Positions 59,206 to 64,000 of a DNA stretch of 64,000 nt are shown one piece after another (position 1 is the first letter of the stretch; every line of letters begins with the position of its first letter). The translations under genes were made by a program, and so were the position numbers. Origin of the DNA: Spirochaetota bacterium (lineage in GTDB: Bacteria; Spirochaetota; UBA4802; JAFGDQ01); contig JAFGDQ010000019.1 of NCBI GenBank assembly GCA_016932015.1, positions 11,214-75,213 of the forward strand, in the 5' to 3' direction. The notes beneath the pieces are model-generated. The model had not been told where the DNA came from. It saw only the letters and a list, made by a program, of their open reading frames with translations, and ran no database searches.

Positions 59206-60303
59206 ATGAGTGTGCCAATTTCATCAGCAGAACTTCTTAACAAGATTAGAGAAGCAGGTCTCGAAGCTCCGGAAACATTAACTTTAATGATAACCGGGAA
59301 ATGTAATTTAACCTGTCTTCATTGCCTTCTGAACTGCAGAGAAAATAATTCTTCACCTGTACCTGCCGATGTTGTAAAAAGAATGATAAAGGAATTTTTG
59401 GATATTTCAGGAAAATCAATATGGTTTACAGGCGGTGAACCGCTTACGCGGTCTGACTGGTTTGAGATTCTTGAATTTGCTATGCAGTACGAATTTGAAG
59501 AAGTAGGCCTGCAGACCAATGCTATGCTTATGACTGAAGAGGACCTTCACAGACTGCAGACATTGCCTTTGAATAAGCTGAGTCTGCAGATAAGCCTGGA
59601 CGGTGTTTCTGCAATAACGCATAATGCGCTGAGAGGTGAAGGCAGCTTCGATATTGTAATGAAGGTGCTGAAAATGCTTTCATCTACTGATCTTGCCTGT
59701 AGAACTGCAGTCGCTTTTACTGAGATGCGTCACAATTATCATGAACTTCCTGATGCTGTTTATCTGGTAAACAATTTAGGGCTGTCCCGCCTTGTAAGCG
59801 GTACAGTCGTGAGATCAGGCAAATGTACACAGTACGGCTGGATAGAACTTCCTGCTGCACCGCAGGTCAATGATCTGCTTGATAAATACAATAATGATAC
59901 ATCTTTTCATGATGCATATGAGCAGTCAGGAAATATTTCAGCAATAGAATGGTTTAAGGGAAAGGACAGGAAGACTGACAAACTCTGCACCTGCATGAGT
60001 ACTCCGTTTATAAATTCAGAAGGTGAATTGTTTCCCTGTATAATGTATCTCGACAAATCATTTGCAGAAGGAAACATTCATGAGATTTCACTTGCTGAGG
60101 CAATACTTAACGGGCTTTCAAAATGGAAAGAACTCCCGCTGACAGCTGATAGGCGAAGTAATCTTCCTGAATGCAGGGAATGCCCCGGGCATGACCATTG
60201 CAAGGGAGGCTGTGTCGGGAGAGCTGCTGTTGTTAACGGAACTCCGATGTCTGTCGAAGACCGCTGCGCTTTAAGAAAAATTGTTTATAACTGGAAAGAT
60301 TAA
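59206..60303 (+). CDS. radical SAM / SPASM-domain protein (third in window)
   Basis: CxxxCxxC (CNLTCLHC), GGEP. SPASM cysteines (CTCMS...GELFPC...CRECPGHDHCKGGC). Confidence 0.8.
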   Translation: MSVPISSAELLNKIREAGLEAPETLTLMITGKCNLTCLHCLLNCRENNSSPVPADVVKRMIKEFLDISGKSIWFTGGEPLTRSDWFEILEFAMQYEFEEVGLQTNAMLMTEEDLHRLQTLPLNKLSLQISLDGVSAITHNALRGEGSFDIVMKVLKMLSSTDLACRTAVAFTEMRHNYHELPDAVYLVNNLGLSRLVSGTVVRSGKCTQYGWIELPAAPQVNDLLDKYNNDTSFHDAYEQSGNISAIEWFKGKDRKTDKLCTCMSTPFINSEGELFPCIMYLDKSFAEGNIHEISLAEAILNGLSKWKELPLTADRRSNLPECRECPGHDHCKGGCVGRAAVVNGTPMSVEDRCALRKIVYNWKD

Positions 60304-60457
60304 GAGCATTTATAAAACAGGAAATCATGTCATTTATACCTCTTTTTTTTCACAGGAAATTTTTTAAAAAAGATAAAACACTCTTTACAATATAATTATT
60401 ATATTCATTTAAAGAAAATAATTTGATATATACAGATGTTTGAAGAGGATTTTAATA

Positions 60458-60739
60458 ATGTTTAAAACCAGAATTCATATATACGGCCTTCCAAAGGATA
60501 TTTCAGATTTACGTGAGATTGAAGTTGAACTTAATGATGGTGCGGGAATGAATGAAGTCGTAAGTGCGATGAGAGAAAAGATCCCGGCACTCGAAGGGTC
60601 TGTAATCCTGGAAGGTGAGAACAGGCTGGCCGAATATTACAAATTCAACATAAACGGCCATTTTTATTTCGACGGAATGGAATTTGAGTTGAATGAAGGT
60701 GACCGGATCGCGCTTCTTATGCCTATGCCGGGAGGTTAG
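60458..60739 (+). CDS. MoaD/ThiS-like ubiquitin-fold protein ending in Gly-Gly
   Basis: 93 aa from the ATG at 60458 (RBS AGAGGA). The track ORF uses an upstream TTG. C-terminus ...ELNEGDRIALLMPMPGG-stop is comparable to the MoaD ...DGDEVAFFPPVTGG-stop. No cysteines. Confidence 0.45.
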   Translation: MFKTRIHIYGLPKDISDLREIEVELNDGAGMNEVVSAMREKIPALEGSVILEGENRLAEYYKFNINGHFYFDGMEFELNEGDRIALLMPMPGG

Positions 60740-60774
60740 TCCTTTAATTCTGATAAATAATAAGAGGTAATGTT

Positions 60775-61539
60775 ATGGGAGTGATGGACAATAAAGTATG
60801 TATTATTACAGGAGGCGCGGGTAGCATTGGGGTTGCAAGTGCAGGGCTTCTCTTAAAAGAAGGCGCAAGGGTTATGCTGGTTGATAATAGCCGGGATAAT
60901 TTAAATAAAGCTGCTGATGATCTTAAGGAATATGGCGATTCAGTCGCGTCAGTAAAAGCTGATGTATCAGATACGGAACAGACAATCGGCTACATAAATC
61001 AAACGGTTGAAAAGTGGGAAAAGATAGATGTTCTTTTCAGCAATGCCGGAATTCATGGTGCCAATAAGCCGGTAACGGAATTTCCGGAAGATGTATTTGA
61101 CGAAGTAATTAAAGTAAATGTCAGGTCTTCATTTCTCGCCTGCAAATACGGCATTCCTCAGATGCATGACGGAGGCAGCATTATTATAACTTCAAGCATT
61201 GTCGGTGTAAAGGGAGCTCCCGGAGTTATTGCCTATACAACTTCAAAACATGCGCTTGTAGGACTAATGCGCAGTGTTGCACTGGAGGTCACATCAAGAA
61301 ATATCCGTGTTAATCTATTATGCCCGGGCCCGGTTAACAATAGCTTTCAGGCGGATGTTGAAACTGATGCGGGCAGGGAAACGGGTACTGATGCAACAGC
61401 AATGTTTAATTCCATGATCCCGTTAAAGCGTCATGCAAGGCCTGAAGAAATAGCAGGCACTGTGCTTTTTCTTGCATCTGATCAGAGCAGTTTTTCAACG
61501 GGAAGCATTTTTATGGCTGACGGAGGACTTAATGCCTGA
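60775..61539 (+). CDS. short-chain dehydrogenase/reductase (SDR)
   Basis: TGGAGSIG cofactor motif, NAG, catalytic S...YxxxK (YTTSKHA). Confidence 0.85.
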   Translation: MGVMDNKVCIITGGAGSIGVASAGLLLKEGARVMLVDNSRDNLNKAADDLKEYGDSVASVKADVSDTEQTIGYINQTVEKWEKIDVLFSNAGIHGANKPVTEFPEDVFDEVIKVNVRSSFLACKYGIPQMHDGGSIIITSSIVGVKGAPGVIAYTTSKHALVGLMRSVALEVTSRNIRVNLLCPGPVNNSFQADVETDAGRETGTDATAMFNSMIPLKRHARPEEIAGTVLFLASDQSSFSTGSIFMADGGLNA

Positions 61540-61554
61540 GGTGTTGTTTTTAAT

Positions 61555-62115
61555 ATGATCAGGGATTTTCTGGAAAAACGGGCCGGCACATGGCATGAAC
61601 ATAATATTCCTGAATATGACGGGAAAATATTATATGATATTATTGTTGAGAATAATTACACGCGTATTCTGGAAATAGGTACGTCCAGCGGGCATTCCGG
61701 AATATGGATGGCATGGGCGCTCAGCAAAACGAACGGCAGGTTAATTACCATTGAAATCAACGAAGGACGCTATCAGAAAGCTGTCTCAAATTTTAGGGAA
61801 GCAGGAGTTTCGGATATTATTGATGCAATATCCGGGAATGCCCATAATATTCTGGATGAACTTGAAGGCCCGTTTGATTTGATTTTCTGTGATGCGGATA
61901 AAGATTTTTATAAACAGTATTTCACTGATCTTTATCCCAGACTTGTAAAAGGAGGATGTTATACTGCGCATAATGTTTACGATACATCCCCAAAAAGGCA
62001 GTTTAAAAGCAACGGTATTACGGAATTTTATCAATATGTAAAGAGTCTTGACTATATGGAAACGACTCTTGACGAAAGCGCAGGCGGCCTTTCCATAAGC
62101 TATAAGAAATACTAA
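61555..62115 (+). CDS. class I SAM-dependent O-methyltransferase (catechol/caffeoyl-CoA OMT-like, family 3)
   Basis: ILEIGTSSG motif I and overall YrrM/OMT-3 pattern. Confidence 0.7.
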   Translation: MIRDFLEKRAGTWHEHNIPEYDGKILYDIIVENNYTRILEIGTSSGHSGIWMAWALSKTNGRLITIEINEGRYQKAVSNFREAGVSDIIDAISGNAHNILDELEGPFDLIFCDADKDFYKQYFTDLYPRLVKGGCYTAHNVYDTSPKRQFKSNGITEFYQYVKSLDYMETTLDESAGGLSISYKKY

Positions 62116-62208
62116 TACTCTGTTTCAGGGATCTGATTATTTTAGCTATGATGTTTCCATAAAAATCAGTCAAAATGAGTAATTTGATAAAAAAGCTATG
62201 CAGGATTT

Positions 62209-63741
62209 TTAATAATATTTTTTGAAATCAATTCCGAGTTTTTTTATTTTATAATTCAGAATTCTTTTAGTCGTACCAAGAAGATTTGCCGCTTTTGAAA
62301 TATTCCCTTTTGTCAGCTTCAGATGGTCAATAATAATTTCCTTAACGAACATGTCAGTCATTTCCTCAAGATTCCCGGACATTCCGTTTTTTTCCGGTTC
62401 TTCTGCTATTTGAAGTGATGGTGGAAGGTGATAGCTTCTGATTACATCACCGTCAGCAAGGATCACTGCCCGCTCGATTGAGTTTTCCAGCTCTCTTACA
62501 TTTCCGGGCCAGTGATAACTCATCAGCATATCTATTGCTTCACTGCTGATTCTTTTTACATCCTTTCCTATCTTTTGGGAATATTTTTCAAGAAAGTAGT
62601 CAGATAAAAGCATGATATCGGTTTTTCGCTCTCTTAACGGAGGGGCATAAATAGGAAAAACATTCAGCCTGTAATACAGGTCAGCTCTGAATTCATTATT
62701 CCGGATTTTTTCTTCAAGATTCTGATGAGTTGCAGCAAGAATTCTTACGTTTAAAGGGATTGTTTTATTGCCGCCAACCCTTTCGATTGTTTTTTCCTGA
62801 ATGACCCGCAGCAGATGAACCTGCAGTTGGGGATTAAGGTCACCGATTTCATCAAGGAAAATAGTGCCTTCATTGGCAAGTTCAAATTTGCCTTTTTTTT
62901 GGGATACCGCGCCTGTAAAAGATCCCTTTTCATGTCCGAAAAGTTCGCTTTCAATTAAGCTTTGTGATAATGCTGCAATATTTACTCTTATAAACGATTT
63001 ATCTTTTCTTTTGCTGTTATAATGAATAGCTTCGGCAATCAGTTCCTTTCCTGTTCCGCTTTCACCTGTAATCAGTACTGTTGAGTCCGTTTCCGCAACC
63101 AGTATTACTTTTTCATTGATAGCTCTGATTATATGGGAATTGCCGATCATGGATCCGGGAGATTTGCCGGCATTAAGTTTTATTTTAAGTAATTTATTCT
63201 CTTCGCGCAGATGATTCTCTGTCTGCAGCATTTCTCTTCTGTTATTGACAGCATGTGCCACCATAACAGAAACCATGGACAGCATTTCAACTTCTTCCTT
63301 AAAAGAGTCATTTTTGTCTTTAACCAGATCTATTGAAATTGTGCCCAGGGTTTCACCGGATATTTTTACAGGTACACAAATGAAAGCAATGTTATGACCC
63401 GGATCAAGCATTCTGGCTCCTGTGCGGTTCAGAAATTTCGGTTCTTCAAAAATAGACGGCACAATTACTGGTTCGCCGCTTGATATTACAGAACCTATTA
63501 TTCCCTCTCCTGATTTATATATGCCTTTTACGATCTGATCTTTGGAATAGCCGTATGAAACATCTATGTGGATCTCGTCGGATTCTTCGATATAAATATT
63601 AATCATGCCCCTTTCTACGGGGAAATATTTGGCAAGAAGTTCAAGAACAGTTTTTAAAAGAATGTTCATGTCCTTGATTGAAAAGAAAAGCTTCCCAATT
63701 TCACCTATAAGCTCGGTATGTTTGCTGTTTGTAATTTTCAT
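62209..63741 (-). CDS. sigma-54-dependent transcriptional activator with N-terminal GAF domain (NifA/AcoR-like)
   Basis: GAF region, AAA+ sigma-54 interaction domain ([29 protein letters not shown]), C-terminal Fis-type HTH. Confidence 0.9.
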   Translation of the reverse strand: MKITNSKHTELIGEIGKLFFSIKDMNILLKTVLELLAKYFPVERGMINIYIEESDEIHIDVSYGYSKDQIVKGIYKSGEGIIGSVISSGEPVIVPSIFEEPKFLNRTGARMLDPGHNIAFICVPVKISGETLGTISIDLVKDKNDSFKEEVEMLSMVSVMVAHAVNNRREMLQTENHLREENKLLKIKLNAGKSPGSMIGNSHIIRAINEKVILVAETDSTVLITGESGTGKELIAEAIHYNSKRKDKSFIRVNIAALSQSLIESELFGHEKGSFTGAVSQKKGKFELANEGTIFLDEIGDLNPQLQVHLLRVIQEKTIERVGGNKTIPLNVRILAATHQNLEEKIRNNEFRADLYYRLNVFPIYAPPLRERKTDIMLLSDYFLEKYSQKIGKDVKRISSEAIDMLMSYHWPGNVRELENSIERAVILADGDVIRSYHLPPSLQIAEEPEKNGMSGNLEEMTDMFVKEIIIDHLKLTKGNISKAANLLGTTKRILNYKIKKLGIDFKKYY

Positions 63742-64000
63742 AAAATGCTGTATAATTATAAGTTTTGTAATACTACGATAAAATCAATCTGAAAAAAAGT
63801 ATAATATAATTTAAAGAATAAATTGATTTTCTGTGTTTTTTTTAAGCATGTAATTTTTGTAAATATATTTATCCGGGAATCTTGTCTGTTTAAAAAAATA
63901 AATACTGTTGGGAATTAAATATGATGATAATTTATACTGCCTGAAAAAAAAGAGTCCTCGGAAACCGCGTCCCTGTGAACGCGGCTTCCAAGGAGGTAGT

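Noticed and set aside
60458-60739. 93-aa GG-ending protein as a RiPP precursor or QhpC-like thioether-crosslinked subunit for the adjacent rSAM/SPASM
   Set aside because: It has no cysteines at all. Its C-terminal 16 residues follow the MoaD/ThiS beta-grasp Gly-Gly pattern.

Overview
This is an AT-rich (~35% GC) bacterial chromosomal window with strong Shine-Dalgarno sites. There is no CRISPR array, no rRNA and no obvious transposon or integron. The genome looks like a flagellated anaerobe with a diderm-type envelope: TonB system, beta-barrel OMP and multihaem cytochrome c. The left half is largely housekeeping. It holds a hydrogenase-associated sensory module (DRTGG / CBS-GHKL / thioredoxin-like 2Fe-2S ferredoxin), cspA, pyruvate:ferredoxin oxidoreductase, YraN and HD-GYP. 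It also holds the conserved rpsP-KH-rimM-trmD-rplS-rnhB block followed by a YlqG-like gene and a stand-alone FlhB C-terminal paralog (YlqH-like), then a PASTA protein. Further on are an SbcD/SbcC-like (YhaO/YhaN-type) operon, a multi-PAS hybrid histidine kinase, a DUF3450-TtpC/ExbB-ExbB-ExbD-TonB-TPR cluster, tRNA-Gln(CUG), an MscS gene coupled to a large membrane P-loop protein, and a secreted vWA/VanX/OMP operon. The most notable content is at 44.4-62.1 kb. An unannotated 42-codon ORF encodes a peptide ending ...VDGICGVY, which resembles the mycofactocin precursor MftA. It is followed at 3 nt by an MftB-like PqqD/RRE chaperone, an MftC-like radical-SAM/SPASM enzyme, a second radical-SAM/SPASM enzyme and a glycosyltransferase with an N-terminal PqqD-like domain. 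A nicotinoprotein-type Zn alcohol dehydrogenase leads the operon. MftD and MftE homologs are absent. Directly adjacent is a redox island: two tandem OYE/2,4-dienoyl-CoA-reductase-like flavoenzymes, EtfA, a C-terminally anchored pentahaem cytochrome c, a membrane HdrD/DsrMK-like CCG iron-sulfur protein, EtfB, a third radical-SAM/SPASM enzyme, a MoaD-like Gly-Gly protein, an SDR and an O-methyltransferase, all next to a GAF sigma-54 activator. My working hypothesis is a divergent mycofactocin-like RiPP redox-cofactor system genetically linked to a candidate Etf / membrane Fe-S / cytochrome electron sink. All calls below are from reading motifs and architectures in the sequence; no database search was run.
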